Below are positions 10,008-19,560 of a DNA stretch of 52,042 nt, in pieces (within the stretch, counting starts at the first letter, position 1; each line of letters begins with the position of its first letter). The notes under the pieces are model-generated. The model had not been told where the DNA came from. It worked only from the letters and a program-made list of their open reading frames with translations, and ran no database searches. The translations under genes were made by a program, and so were the position numbers. Origin of the DNA: Patescibacteria group bacterium (GTDB lineage: Bacteria; Patescibacteriota; Minisyncoccia; Phycocordibacterales; XYD1-FULL-46-19); assembly GCA_048617235.1 (NCBI GenBank), contig JBMCHT010000001.1, positions 1 through 52,042 of the forward strand, written 5' to 3'.

Positions 10008-10081
10008 TGGACCCGACAGGAATCGAACCTGCGACCTCCTGAGTGCAAAACAGGTGCTCTAGCCAACTGAGCTACGGGCCC
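10008..10081 (-). tRNA. tRNA-Ala(TGC)
   Basis: Reverse complement GGGCCCGTAGCTCAGTTGG...TTTGCAC...GGTTCGATTCC...CGGGTCCA; G3:U70 Ala identity pair; CCA not encoded. Confidence 0.95.
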
Positions 10082-10175
10082 ATCTCTAAAACGTTTTTAA
10101 CTATAGCTTAAAATAAATACAAGAGCAACTAATAATTTTGTTTTGGAAAAGCGATTTATGTAATATAATGAAGCT

Positions 10176-11162
10176 ATGGTAAATAGGTTAGATTTAAAAA
10201 ACAAAGATAATCATCAGGCTCAAAACTGGGCTACGAATAAGGTTCCCACCTTTGAACCGTCAATAACCGCCGGTGAGGTTAGAAAGAAGTTAGAATGGTC
10301 CGGTAATGGTTATGATAGTGTTAATTATATCTATTTAATCGGTCAGTCAAATCAATTAACCGGGGTGGTTTCCGTTAAAGATGTCTTAAAAGCAGATAAA
10401 GATACATCTTTGGCTAAATTAATTTCTAAAGATAAACCTTTAATTAAAATTAAAACCACAGATGATAGAGAAAAAGCGGTTTTATTGGTAGTTAAACACA
10501 AATTAAAAGGGATACCGGTGGTTACCCCTGATGGTCGTTTTGTGGGAGCAATTGTCTCGGATACAGTGATGGAGATTCTTCATGATGAACATACCGAAGA
10601 TTTATTGAAAACTGGTGGTGTTTTAGGTTCAACTAAAGTAACTATAGATCTTTTAGAAGCTCCGGTTAGTTTATATTTTAAAAAAAGAGCTCCTTGGTTA
10701 TTATTAGGATTGATGGGAGGTCTTTTAGCTGCCGGTATTATTGGTATATTTGAAGAAATGTTGGCGGAAATAGTTTTAATAGCCGCTTTTTTACCGGCAG
10801 TAGTTTATATGGCGGATGCCGTTGGGGCTCAAAGCCAGGTAATTTTTGTCCGTAGTTTAACTATTGGAAATGGTTGGTCTTTATTTGGATATATTCGTCG
10901 AGAGATTATGGTGGGTTTATTATTAGGATCTAGTATTGGTTTATTATCTTTTATTTTGATTAGTTTTTTCTGGGGTAATTTATTGGCCGGTTTGGTTTTA
11001 GGTTTATCTTTTCTTTTAACTACCACCATAGCTGTTGGTATTGGATTATTTATGCCATGGATTTTTTGGCGTTTAGGGGCTGATCCGGCAGTGACCGCCG
11101 GGCCTTTTACCACTCTTTTGAGCGATATTGTTAGTATAGTTGTTTATTTAAGTGTGGCCTAG
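10176..11162 (+). CDS. mgtE: Magnesium transporter MgtE (CBS pair plus membrane domain)
   Basis: CBS domains, KRAPWL and ADPAVTAGPFTTLLSD signature; lacks the MgtE N-domain. Confidence 0.88.
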   Translation: MVNRLDLKNKDNHQAQNWATNKVPTFEPSITAGEVRKKLEWSGNGYDSVNYIYLIGQSNQLTGVVSVKDVLKADKDTSLAKLISKDKPLIKIKTTDDREKAVLLVVKHKLKGIPVVTPDGRFVGAIVSDTVMEILHDEHTEDLLKTGGVLGSTKVTIDLLEAPVSLYFKKRAPWLLLGLMGGLLAAGIIGIFEEMLAEIVLIAAFLPAVVYMADAVGAQSQVIFVRSLTIGNGWSLFGYIRREIMVGLLLGSSIGLLSFILISFFWGNLLAGLVLGLSFLLTTTIAVGIGLFMPWIFWRLGADPAVTAGPFTTLLSDIVSIVVYLSVA

Positions 11163-11215
11163 CTTATTTTAATGAATGGTTTGTTCTAAAGTTGATTTTG
11201 GTTTAGAGTAACTGT

Positions 11216-12169
11216 ATGAAAAAAATAACCGTAGTTGGCGGAGGTTCGGGTATTTTTAATGTTTTAAAGGGTTTAAAAAATTACCCGGTGGACATTACTT
11301 CAATTGTAACCACCTTTGATAACGGTGGTAGTACCGGTTTATTGCGAGATGAATTTGGAATTTTACCTCCCGGAGATATCCGCCGATCTTTAGTAGCTTT
11401 GGCTCCGGATAGCAGTGATCGGACACTACGGGATTTATTTAATTACCGTTTTCGAGATGATTGCTCCTTATCCGGTCATAGTTTTGGTAATCTGCCATTA
11501 CAAGCTTTAACAGAGATTACTACTAGTCAGGTGGGGGCGATTAAAAAAGCCGGTGAGATTTTAAATATTAAAGGTCAAGTTTTACCCATTTCCCTAGATC
11601 CGGCTCATTTGTGTGCTCAATTGAAAGACGGGACTTTAATAGAGGGTGAGACTAATATAGATATTCCTAAACATGATGGTTCAATTAAAATAGATAAAAT
11701 ATTTTTAAAACCCAATCCGGTTATTTACCGTGAGGCTTACGAGGCGATAATGGAAACGGATTTGTTAATAATTGGTCCGGGAGATTTATATACTTTCATT
11801 TTACCCAATATCTTGGTCTCCGGTTTTAATCAAGCTCTGAGTTTGAATTCCAAAGCCAAAGTGGTTTATGTCTGTAATATTATGACCAAATGGGGAGAAA
11901 CCAATGGTTTTCAAGCTTCGGATTTTGTTTCTGTTATTTACCAATATTTAAATAAACGGAAAGTGGATTATATTTTATTTAATACAACCGAGTTGTCTGA
12001 AAATATTTTGACAAAATACGAAAAAGAGAGATCCCAACCGGTAGTTTTGGATGAGCCCGCTGTTAAACAATATGTTAATAATATAATAAAAGCCGATTTG
12101 GTTTTCCAAGATGAAATAATCCGACATGATGCCGAAAAAATATCTCGCTTAATTGTTGAGCTTTTATGA
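11216..12169 (+). CDS. yvcK: Gluconeogenesis factor YvcK / CofD-related family
   Basis: GGGSG, DNGGSTGLLRDEFG.LPPGDIR, GHSFGN, GPG.LYT and RHD motifs. Confidence 0.88.
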   Translation: MKKITVVGGGSGIFNVLKGLKNYPVDITSIVTTFDNGGSTGLLRDEFGILPPGDIRRSLVALAPDSSDRTLRDLFNYRFRDDCSLSGHSFGNLPLQALTEITTSQVGAIKKAGEILNIKGQVLPISLDPAHLCAQLKDGTLIEGETNIDIPKHDGSIKIDKIFLKPNPVIYREAYEAIMETDLLIIGPGDLYTFILPNILVSGFNQALSLNSKAKVVYVCNIMTKWGETNGFQASDFVSVIYQYLNKRKVDYILFNTTELSENILTKYEKERSQPVVLDEPAVKQYVNNIIKADLVFQDEIIRHDAEKISRLIVELL

Positions 12170-12645
12170 AAATAGTTATTTTTGATTTAGACGACACCCT
12201 TTTTGATACCTCCGGCCAACTGGACGAAACCTATTCCGGACTAAATGAGATCAAACTTTTTCCGGAAACTCTATCTGTTTTAAAAACCCTAAAAGCCAAA
12301 GGAATTATTTTGTTTTTAGTTTCTATCGGTTCGGAGAAAATTCAAACAGAAAAGATCAAGATTTTAAAAATAAATGATTATTTTGAAGAAATATTTATTT
12401 GTTCTACCGGAGAAGAAAAATACAAAATTTTTGAGAAAATAATAAATGATTATATTGAAATAGAAACTAAAGAAATATTGGTGGCAGGGGATAGAATAGA
12501 TAGAGAAATAACTTATGGTAAGCAATTGGGTTGCTTTACGGTTAGGATTAATCGCGGTAAATGGAAGGATTTACAGCCGGCTAACAAGTTGCAGGTCCCG
12601 GATTATATTGTTAATGATTTAACTGAGATTTTAGAGATAATTTAA
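12166..12645 (+). CDS. HAD-family hydrolase
   Basis: IFDLDDTL motif I and GDRIDREI motif IV; ATGA overlap with the upstream gene. Confidence 0.88.
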   Translation: MKIVIFDLDDTLFDTSGQLDETYSGLNEIKLFPETLSVLKTLKAKGIILFLVSIGSEKIQTEKIKILKINDYFEEIFICSTGEEKYKIFEKIINDYIEIETKEILVAGDRIDREITYGKQLGCFTVRINRGKWKDLQPANKLQVPDYIVNDLTEILEII

Positions 12646-12801
12646 AAATTTATTTTAGTGGTGTTTGTTGATTATTGCAAATGATTGGGTTTGTATAATA
12701 TGTAAGGTGTTGTTATAATATAGATGTGTAGTTTGGATAAAATGAATTATACAAAATTAAGTTTTTAGTTATGTTTATAAAGTCGTAAATTATCTTTTGT
12801 T

Positions 12802-13014
12802 ATGGTCAAAAAACTAAATGGATGTGCTCATTTAATTATTCGTGATGGTAAAATTGTAAATATTTATACGCATTTAAATGATTTACCTAAAAACGGAGTA
12901 GTTCATTTAAAAGGTGATAAAATATATACATACAAGGAATTTAAAAAATCCCATATTCATGATCATGATGAATTAATTCAAAAAGAACCACAAATAATAA
13001 TAGCTGATTATTAA
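12802..13014 (+). CDS. Hypothetical protein (70 aa)
   Basis: ORF with plausible composition; no motif recognised. Confidence 0.45.
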   Translation: MVKKLNGCAHLIIRDGKIVNIYTHLNDLPKNGVVHLKGDKIYTYKEFKKSHIHDHDELIQKEPQIIIADY

Positions 13015-13194
13015 ATAATTAATGTTGATGAAATGATTGATACCGCTGAAACAATCGCAAATTTCCCCTTTGTGCAACTTAAATATGTTGTAGAATGGAA
13101 AACGCAGTTAGGTAGAGAAAAAGACCTCAAAGATATTGAACTTATACAAAAATATAACGATGGCCAGAAATACATATTGCCTATGATAAAATAA
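13015..13194 (+). pseudogene. 5'-truncated gene fragment ending in an REKDLKDIELI motif
   Basis: Open frame IINVDEMIDTAETIANFPFVQLKYVVEWKTQLGREKDLKDIELIQKY directly after the TAA at 13012-13014. The R.KD..D ending resembles the C-terminus of nucleotidyltransferase-fold proteins (recognised from memory, not searched). Confidence 0.5.
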
Positions 13195-13262
13195 TAAGGA
13201 AGTCGGTAAAACTTCACATATATATGCAAACATTATGTGTAATATTGTTCGGAAAAATTTGA

Positions 13263-13583
13263 TTAAAGAAGTTTGAACTTTATTACTTTTACTTTGGTTT
13301 TGGGTTCAATTTTTATATTGTAATATCCTGAATATGTTTGGAGCATTTCTTCATCTGACGAGAATTTTTCATGTCCTTCTTTGTCTTCATTTGTTAAATT
13401 TTCAAAAGTTGTTTCTTTTATCCAAATAACTTCTGCTTTTGTAAATTCTCGTTCGTCATTGCAACATAATGAAAGTTGATCTCCTGTAGAAATTTCTTTG
13501 TCGTCATTAATTCTCCAAGTTGTATCTTTTTGACCACCCAAAACCAAATTAGGTAAAGGTTCAGTAAATTTTAATTGTTTCAT
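13263..13583 (-). CDS. ASCH-domain protein
   Basis: LKF...LVLGGQKDTTWR pattern (GxKxxTxR); about 106 aa. Confidence 0.8.
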   Translation of the reverse strand: MKQLKFTEPLPNLVLGGQKDTTWRINDDKEISTGDQLSLCCNDEREFTKAEVIWIKETTFENLTNEDKEGHEKFSSDEEMLQTYSGYYNIKIEPKTKVKVIKFKLL

Positions 13584-13881
13584 AGATAAATAAATTATAT
13601 CATATTATATAAAGATAGTATTAAATCTTTTCTACATTATATTGTCGTCGGTCGCTAATGTTTATTCGTTTGCCTTCCGGAGCATTTGGTAAGTATCTCT
13701 TTTTAAGACACTAATTTTACACCTTTCTAAAAGAATTTAAATTAGAATTAGAAGAAAAATAATTTTATTCAAAACTAACATACGTAAATTCCAAATTAAC
13801 TCCGCAGTTCTCACCTTAATCTGTCCAGCTCATTTTTGTACTCTGTTATGCGCAATAATTAAACTTTTTAAAATTTATATT

Positions 13882-14379
13882 ATGGCTGATTACAAATCTA
13901 CAACAAAAGAAGGTGAATGTATTTTTTGTAAAATAATTAGTGGTGATATTAAAACACCCGGTATCTTTTGGGAGAATGATGAATTTATGGCGTTTCTTTC
14001 AATATGGCCAAATACTGAAGGTTTTACGGTAGTTATTCCAAAAGAACATTATGGCAGTGATGTGCTTGGGATGCCTGATAATAAATTGAACAAATTCGTT
14101 CTTGCTGCTAAAACCGTTTCAAAAAATTTAATTAAACATTTTGAAGATGTTGGAAGGGTAGGTTTAATAATGGAAGGAACAGGAATTGATCATGCCCATA
14201 TTAAATTGTTTCCAATGCATGGAACTGGGTATATGAAAAAAGGTGAATGGAAACAATATCACAGTAAAAATGATCAATTTTTTGAAATCTATGAAGGCTA
14301 TATTACCTCAAACGATGGTCCAAAAGCTGATGAGGAAAAAATAAAAAAACTCGCTCAGAAATTAAGAGAAATAAAATAA
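13882..14379 (+). CDS. HIT-family hydrolase
   Basis: CIFCKII N-terminus and HAHIKL histidine-triad-like motif. Confidence 0.88.
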   Translation: MADYKSTTKEGECIFCKIISGDIKTPGIFWENDEFMAFLSIWPNTEGFTVVIPKEHYGSDVLGMPDNKLNKFVLAAKTVSKNLIKHFEDVGRVGLIMEGTGIDHAHIKLFPMHGTGYMKKGEWKQYHSKNDQFFEIYEGYITSNDGPKADEEKIKKLAQKLREIK

Positions 14380-14413
14380 TAGATTATTAAAATATTTTAT
14401 TTTATTTACATTT

Positions 14414-14489
14414 TGGTGGACCCAAGCGGGATTGAACCGCTGACCTCTACAATGCCATTGTAGCGCTCTACCAGCTGAGCTATGGGCCC
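14414..14489 (-). tRNA. tRNA-Ala(GGC)
   Basis: Reverse complement GGGCCCATAGCTCAGCTGGTAGAGC-G-CTACA-ATGGCAT-TGTAG...GGTTCAATCCC...TGGGTCCACCA; G3:U70; CCA encoded. Confidence 0.96.
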
Positions 14490-14556
14490 TGTCGTTTGAA
14501 AATTTAGCATATATTTGTTAAATTGAAAAGAATTATAAATCATAAAATATAAAACA

Positions 14557-14781
14557 ATGATAAAAAACTTTGTCGTTAAACAAATGTTAAAGCGTAAAGG
14601 AGTGCCGGCTAATCAAATAGACATGATAATGGAATTAATGAATAAGGATCCGGATTTGTTTAAGAAAATTGCTGATGAGGTTGATCATAAAGTTAAACAT
14701 GAAAAGAAAGGACAGCAACAAGCCTCAATGGAAGTTATGAAAAAATATGCTTCGCAGATTAGAGACTTGATGGGGAAATAG
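14557..14781 (+). CDS. Small helical hypothetical protein (74 aa)
   Basis: Clean ORF, Met/Lys-rich; no family assigned. Confidence 0.7.
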   Translation: MIKNFVVKQMLKRKGVPANQIDMIMELMNKDPDLFKKIADEVDHKVKHEKKGQQQASMEVMKKYASQIRDLMGK

Positions 14782-14842
14782 TTTTAGTTTAAAAATAAAA
14801 TAAAACTTGAATTTTTTCTGAAAAAAGTAGATAGTAGAGTTC

Positions 14843-15916
14843 ATGAGTTTATCTATTGGAATTGTTGGGTTACCTAATGTTGGTAAATCCACTTTATTTA
14901 ATGCCTTAACCAGTCGGGAAGTACCGGCGGAAAATTATCCGTTTTGTACTATTGATCCGACTGTTGGAGTAGTGCCGGTGCCGGATAAGCGCTTAGATCA
15001 ATTGGCGGTTTTAAGTCAGTCGGTTAAAGTTTTACCGCCGGTGGTGGAGTTTGTAGATATTGCCGGTTTAATTGCCGGAGCTTCGGTTGGAGAAGGTTTG
15101 GGGAATAAATTTTTGGCTAATATTAGAGAGACCGATGCCATCGCTCAAGTGGTTAGAGTGTTTGAAGATTCTGATGTGGTTCATGTTGCCGGTCAGATAG
15201 ATCCTCTGGCGGATATGGAAACCATTAATTTAGAATTAATTTTGGCGGATTTGGCGGTCGTGACCAAACATAAAGATAATCTGGCTAAAAAGTTAAATAG
15301 GCAAGAGAAAGAAGTAATTAAAGAAATAGCGGTTTTAGATAAAATAATTCCGCAGTTGGAAGCCGGCTTGCCGGTTTCCGCTTTAGGTTTAAGTCTTGAG
15401 GAATTATTTTTAGTTAAATCTTTGGGTCTTTTATCCGCCAAACCGGTGATTTATGTTGTTAATCAGAAAGCCGGTCGGGAAGTGCCGGCTGAGGTGATTG
15501 AGTATATAAACAAAATGGCCGGAGAATTGGTGGTGATGGATATTAAGACTGAGGCCGAGATTGCTCTCTTGGAAGAAAGTGAGCGTTTATCTTTTCGAGA
15601 AGGTTTGGGTTTTCAGGAATCCGGTTTGGATTTGTTGGCTAAAACCGCTTATAAAATCTTGGGCTTGATTACTTATTTTACCACTGGTGTTGATGAAACC
15701 AGAGGTTGGACTATTAAAGCCGGGCAAACAGCTCCGGAGGCGGGAGCGGCTATTCATTCGGATTTCCAAGATAAATTCATTAAAGCTGAAGTGATTAATT
15801 GGCAAGATTTGTTAACAGCCGGCTCCAGGAGTTTGGCTCGTGAAAAAGGTTGGCTTCGTTTAGAGGGTAGAGATTATCTTGTTAAAGATGGTGATGTAAT
15901 CGAATTTAGAATTTAA
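14843..15916 (+). CDS. ychF: Redox-regulated ATPase YchF
   Basis: GIVGLPNVGKST, NYPFCTIDP, DIAGL, GEGLGNKFL and a C-terminal TGS domain. Confidence 0.96.
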   Translation: MSLSIGIVGLPNVGKSTLFNALTSREVPAENYPFCTIDPTVGVVPVPDKRLDQLAVLSQSVKVLPPVVEFVDIAGLIAGASVGEGLGNKFLANIRETDAIAQVVRVFEDSDVVHVAGQIDPLADMETINLELILADLAVVTKHKDNLAKKLNRQEKEVIKEIAVLDKIIPQLEAGLPVSALGLSLEELFLVKSLGLLSAKPVIYVVNQKAGREVPAEVIEYINKMAGELVVMDIKTEAEIALLEESERLSFREGLGFQESGLDLLAKTAYKILGLITYFTTGVDETRGWTIKAGQTAPEAGAAIHSDFQDKFIKAEVINWQDLLTAGSRSLAREKGWLRLEGRDYLVKDGDVIEFRI

Positions 15917-15976
15917 TTTTATTATTGGACAGATTGGTTTTTATTGCTATACTGAGTCAATAAATATTTTTAAAGC

Positions 15977-18391
15977 ATGTCTAAAAAAGTACCAGAGTAT
16001 AATCATACTAAAATAGAAAAGAAATGGCAGAAACAATGGCAAAAGAAAGAAATTTATAAAACCAAAGACACTAGTCGAAAACCAAAATGTTATGTTTTGG
16101 ATATGTTCCCTTATCCTTCAGGGGTGGGAATTCATGTGGGTCATCCCAAAGGTTTTATTGCTACTGATATTTATTCCAGATTTAAACGAATGAACGGTTA
16201 TAATGTTTTGCATCCCATGGGTTGGGATGCTTTTGGCTTACCGGCGGAGAATTATGCTATAAAAAATAAAGTTCATCCAGCTCAAGTGGTGGCTAAAAAT
16301 ATTAAGCGTTATAAAAAACAATTGGAGATAATCGGTTTTGATTACGATTGGTCACGAGAGATAAGTACTACTGATCCGGATTATTATAAATGGACTCAAT
16401 GGATATTTTTACAAATGTATAAAAAAGGTTTGGCTTATGAGTCTTATGAACCCATAAATTGGTGTCCGTCTTGTCAGACGGGTTTGGCTAATGAGGATTT
16501 GGAGGATGGTTTATGTGAACGGTGCGGTTCGGAGATAGAAAAAAAGCCCATGAGACAGTGGGTTTTGAAAATAACCAAATATGCCGATCGTTTATTAAAA
16601 GATTTAGACGATTTAAATTGGCCGGAGTCTATTAAAGAGGCTCAGAGAAATTGGATTGGCCGGAGTGAGGGGGTAAAAATTAAATTCCCGGTTCCGGTTA
16701 TAGATAAAGACTTGGAAATATTTACTACTCGTCCGGATACTATTTTTGGAGTAACTTTTATGGCTTTATCACCGGAGGTGGCTGAGGCCTGGGTAGAATC
16801 CGGACACTTAACAGATAAAGCGGTTAGAGCATATGTTCAAAAAACTTTAAAAGAGAGGGCCAAGAAAAATTATGTAACCGATCAGCAGAAGTCCGGTATT
16901 TTTTCCGGTTTATATGCCGTTAATCCGGCTAATAATAAAAAGGTACCGATTTGGATTGTTAATTATGTTATGGGTGATGTGGGTACCGGAGCCATTATGG
17001 CGGTACCGGCGCATGATGAACGAGATAATGAATTTGCTATAAAATACGATTTACCGATTAAAGAAGTTATTAAACCAAATGAAAAAACAACCGGGGTTTT
17101 TACTGGAGTTGGGCACTTAAAAAATTCCGGTCAATTTAACGGTTTGGATAGTCAGGTGGCTAAGACGGCTATTGCTAAATATGTTCGGGGTAAAAAAACT
17201 GTTTCTTATAAGATAAAGGATTGGGTTTTTTCACGACAGCGTTATTGGGGAGAACCGATTCCTCTTATTCACTGTGATAACTGCGGAGTGGTGCCGGTGC
17301 CGGAGTCGGATTTACCGGTTAAATTACCTCAAGTTAAAAATTATCAACCGACAGGCACCGGAGAGTCACCGTTGGTTGGAATAGAATCCTGGGTCCGGGT
17401 TAAATGTCCTCAATGTAATAGCCCGGCTAAAAGAGAAACCAATACCATGCCACAGTGGGCCGGTTCCAGTTGGTATTATTTGCGTTATATAGATCCGACT
17501 AATAAAAAAGTTTTAGTTGATCCTCGGAAAGAAAAAAAATGGCAACCGGTTGATTTGTATGTCGGGGGGACGGAGCATGCTACTCGGCATCTGATTTATG
17601 CGCGCTTTTGGCATAAATTTTTATATGATCAAAAAGTGGTCAGCACCAAAGAACCGGTTAAGCGTTTGGGTAGAAACTTAGGTTTGGTTTTAGGTACAGA
17701 TGGTCGGAAAATGAGTAAGCGTTGGGGGAATGTGGTTAATCCGGACGATGTGGTTAAAACTTATGGTGCCGATACTTTAAGATTATATGAAATGTTTATG
17801 GGACCATTTGAAGCTGAGATTGCTTGGAGTACCGATAGTTTGATTGGTAGTCGCCGGTTCGTGGAAAGAGTGTGGTTGGCTATATTGAATCGGCAAAATA
17901 AACCGGTTAAACAAACGGATAAAAATATAAAAAGATTATTGGAACAAACCATTAAAAAAGTATCTGCCGATATTGAAACTATGGATTATAATACCATGGT
18001 ATCGGCTCTAATGACTTTTATTAAAGAATTAGGTACAGGCGCAGATGATTCAGCTATTAACCTTAAAGATCAAAAAAGATTTATTCAAATTTTAGCTCCG
18101 GTGGCTCCTCATTTGGCTGAAGAATTATGGCAAGCATTAAATGGAACCGGATCAGTTCATTTGTCTGCTTGGCCTCAAGTGGAAACAAAATATTTAGAGA
18201 CAGCTGACGTTAAAATAGCGGTTCAGATCAATGGAAAGGTTAGAGGGGTGTTAGAATTGACTATAGATACTCCTGAAGAAGAGGCTACGGCTTTAGCTTT
18301 AGCTCAAGAGGGAGTAGCCAGACATATTCAGGCTTCTAAAATAAAGAAAGTAATTTATATTCCCGGTAAAATTTTAAATTTAATTGGTTAG
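15977..18391 (+). CDS. leuS: Leucine--tRNA ligase
   Basis: MFPYPSG..HVGH (HIGH), DW.FSRQRYWG, KMSKR (KMSKS) and QINGKVR. Confidence 0.97.
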   Translation: MSKKVPEYNHTKIEKKWQKQWQKKEIYKTKDTSRKPKCYVLDMFPYPSGVGIHVGHPKGFIATDIYSRFKRMNGYNVLHPMGWDAFGLPAENYAIKNKVHPAQVVAKNIKRYKKQLEIIGFDYDWSREISTTDPDYYKWTQWIFLQMYKKGLAYESYEPINWCPSCQTGLANEDLEDGLCERCGSEIEKKPMRQWVLKITKYADRLLKDLDDLNWPESIKEAQRNWIGRSEGVKIKFPVPVIDKDLEIFTTRPDTIFGVTFMALSPEVAEAWVESGHLTDKAVRAYVQKTLKERAKKNYVTDQQKSGIFSGLYAVNPANNKKVPIWIVNYVMGDVGTGAIMAVPAHDERDNEFAIKYDLPIKEVIKPNEKTTGVFTGVGHLKNSGQFNGLDSQVAKTAIAKYVRGKKTVSYKIKDWVFSRQRYWGEPIPLIHCDNCGVVPVPESDLPVKLPQVKNYQPTGTGESPLVGIESWVRVKCPQCNSPAKRETNTMPQWAGSSWYYLRYIDPTNKKVLVDPRKEKKWQPVDLYVGGTEHATRHLIYARFWHKFLYDQKVVSTKEPVKRLGRNLGLVLGTDGRKMSKRWGNVVNPDDVVKTYGADTLRLYEMFMGPFEAEIAWSTDSLIGSRRFVERVWLAILNRQNKPVKQTDKNIKRLLEQTIKKVSADIETMDYNTMVSALMTFIKELGTGADDSAINLKDQKRFIQILAPVAPHLAEELWQALNGTGSVHLSAWPQVETKYLETADVKIAVQINGKVRGVLELTIDTPEEEATALALAQEGVARHIQASKIKKVIYIPGKILNLIG

Positions 18392-18447
18392 AATAATTAA
18401 ATAAATTGACTTTTATTAGAATAAGTGATAAAAAGTAGATAACTAAC

Positions 18448-19503
18448 ATGACTAAAACAAAAGATACTTTAACTTTCAAACCCAAAGCGGTTGTTCAGAA
18501 ATTATTAACTGCACTTCCGGAAAGAGCTAAAGACATTTTGACTAAGCGCTATGGGTTGGATAAGAGTGGCCAAGTAAAAACCTTGGAGGCTATTGGTAAA
18601 GAGTATGGAATTACCAGAGAAAGAGTACGTCAGATAGAAAACTTTGCTTTGGTCAATGTTAAAAAAGCCGAGGCTTATCAAAAAAATGAAGAAGCTTTTA
18701 TAGAATTAAAAGAATTGATTAATTATTACGGCGGAATAGTTCATGAAAGGGAATTTTTGAAAACAATGGCTAAAGATAAATTGACTCAAAATTATATTCA
18801 TTTTTTGTTAGTTTTATCCGATGCTTTTACTAAGATGAAAGAAAATAAATTATTTCATCATCGCTGGACGGTTAATCCGGATTTGGCTCAAAAAGTGGAA
18901 AATGGTTTGGATGCCGTATGTCAGGATTTAACTAATCAGGATCTGATTTCTGAAAAAGATTTATTAAGTCGGTTTTTAGCTAAACTACAAAATGTTGTAA
19001 AAGATATTAAATCTATAGAAGAAGATGTGGCTGTTCATTGGTTAAAGTTATCTAAAAATTTAAATAAAAATCCTTTGGGAGAATGGGGTTTGACCGACTC
19101 TCCCAGCGTGCGGATGCGAGGTATCAGGGATTATGCTTATTTGGTTTTAAGGCATCATGGTTCCCCGATGCATTTTTTGGAAGTGGCTCAAAGAATAGAA
19201 GAACTTTTTGGACGAGAAGCTCATCCGGCCACTTGTCATAATGAATTAATTAAAGATAAACGTTTTGTATTGGTGGGTCGTGGTTTATATGCTTTATCCG
19301 AGTGGGGCTATAATCCCGGAGTGGTGCAAGAGGTAATAAAGAACATTTTAGCCGGTGAGGGTCCATTAACCAAAAAAGAAATTATAGAGCGAGTAAAAAA
19401 AGAAAGATATGTTAAAGATAATACTATTTTAGTTAATTTGCAGAATTGTGAGGATATTCGTCAAGGACCTGATGGTCGATACCATTATATTAATTTTTCT
19501 TAA
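18448..19503 (+). CDS. Sigma-70 region-4 HTH plus C-terminal winged-HTH (HARE-HTH / RNAP delta-like) protein
   Basis: N-terminal RYGL...TLEAIGKEYGITRERVRQIE; C-terminal PMHF.EV...NELIKDKRFVLVGRGLYALSEW. No sigma region 2. Confidence 0.8.
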   Translation: MTKTKDTLTFKPKAVVQKLLTALPERAKDILTKRYGLDKSGQVKTLEAIGKEYGITRERVRQIENFALVNVKKAEAYQKNEEAFIELKELINYYGGIVHEREFLKTMAKDKLTQNYIHFLLVLSDAFTKMKENKLFHHRWTVNPDLAQKVENGLDAVCQDLTNQDLISEKDLLSRFLAKLQNVVKDIKSIEEDVAVHWLKLSKNLNKNPLGEWGLTDSPSVRMRGIRDYAYLVLRHHGSPMHFLEVAQRIEELFGREAHPATCHNELIKDKRFVLVGRGLYALSEWGYNPGVVQEVIKNILAGEGPLTKKEIIERVKKERYVKDNTILVNLQNCEDIRQGPDGRYHYINFS

Positions 19504-19528
19504 TTTGTTTGGTTTGTTCTTTTTTTGT

Positions 19529-19537
19529 TGCTATAAT
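19529..19537 (+). promoter_or_regulatory. Extended -10 promoter element
   Basis: TGCTATAAT 23 nt upstream of ATG 19561; the same TGnTATAAT motif occurs at 24750 and 30449 upstream of other genes. Confidence 0.6.
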
Positions 19538-19560
19538 AATATAGTAATTTAAATATTTTT

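Noticed and set aside
9794-10042. 82-aa plus-strand ORF
   Set aside because: It runs antisense into tRNA-Ala and has no RBS; the minus-strand 51-aa ORF has an SD and terminator.
11160-11189. Possible premature TAG or read-through at the end of mgtE (in-frame LILMNGLF* follows)
   Set aside because: Only eight codons are affected and the last TM is nearly complete; this cannot be distinguished from normal end variation.
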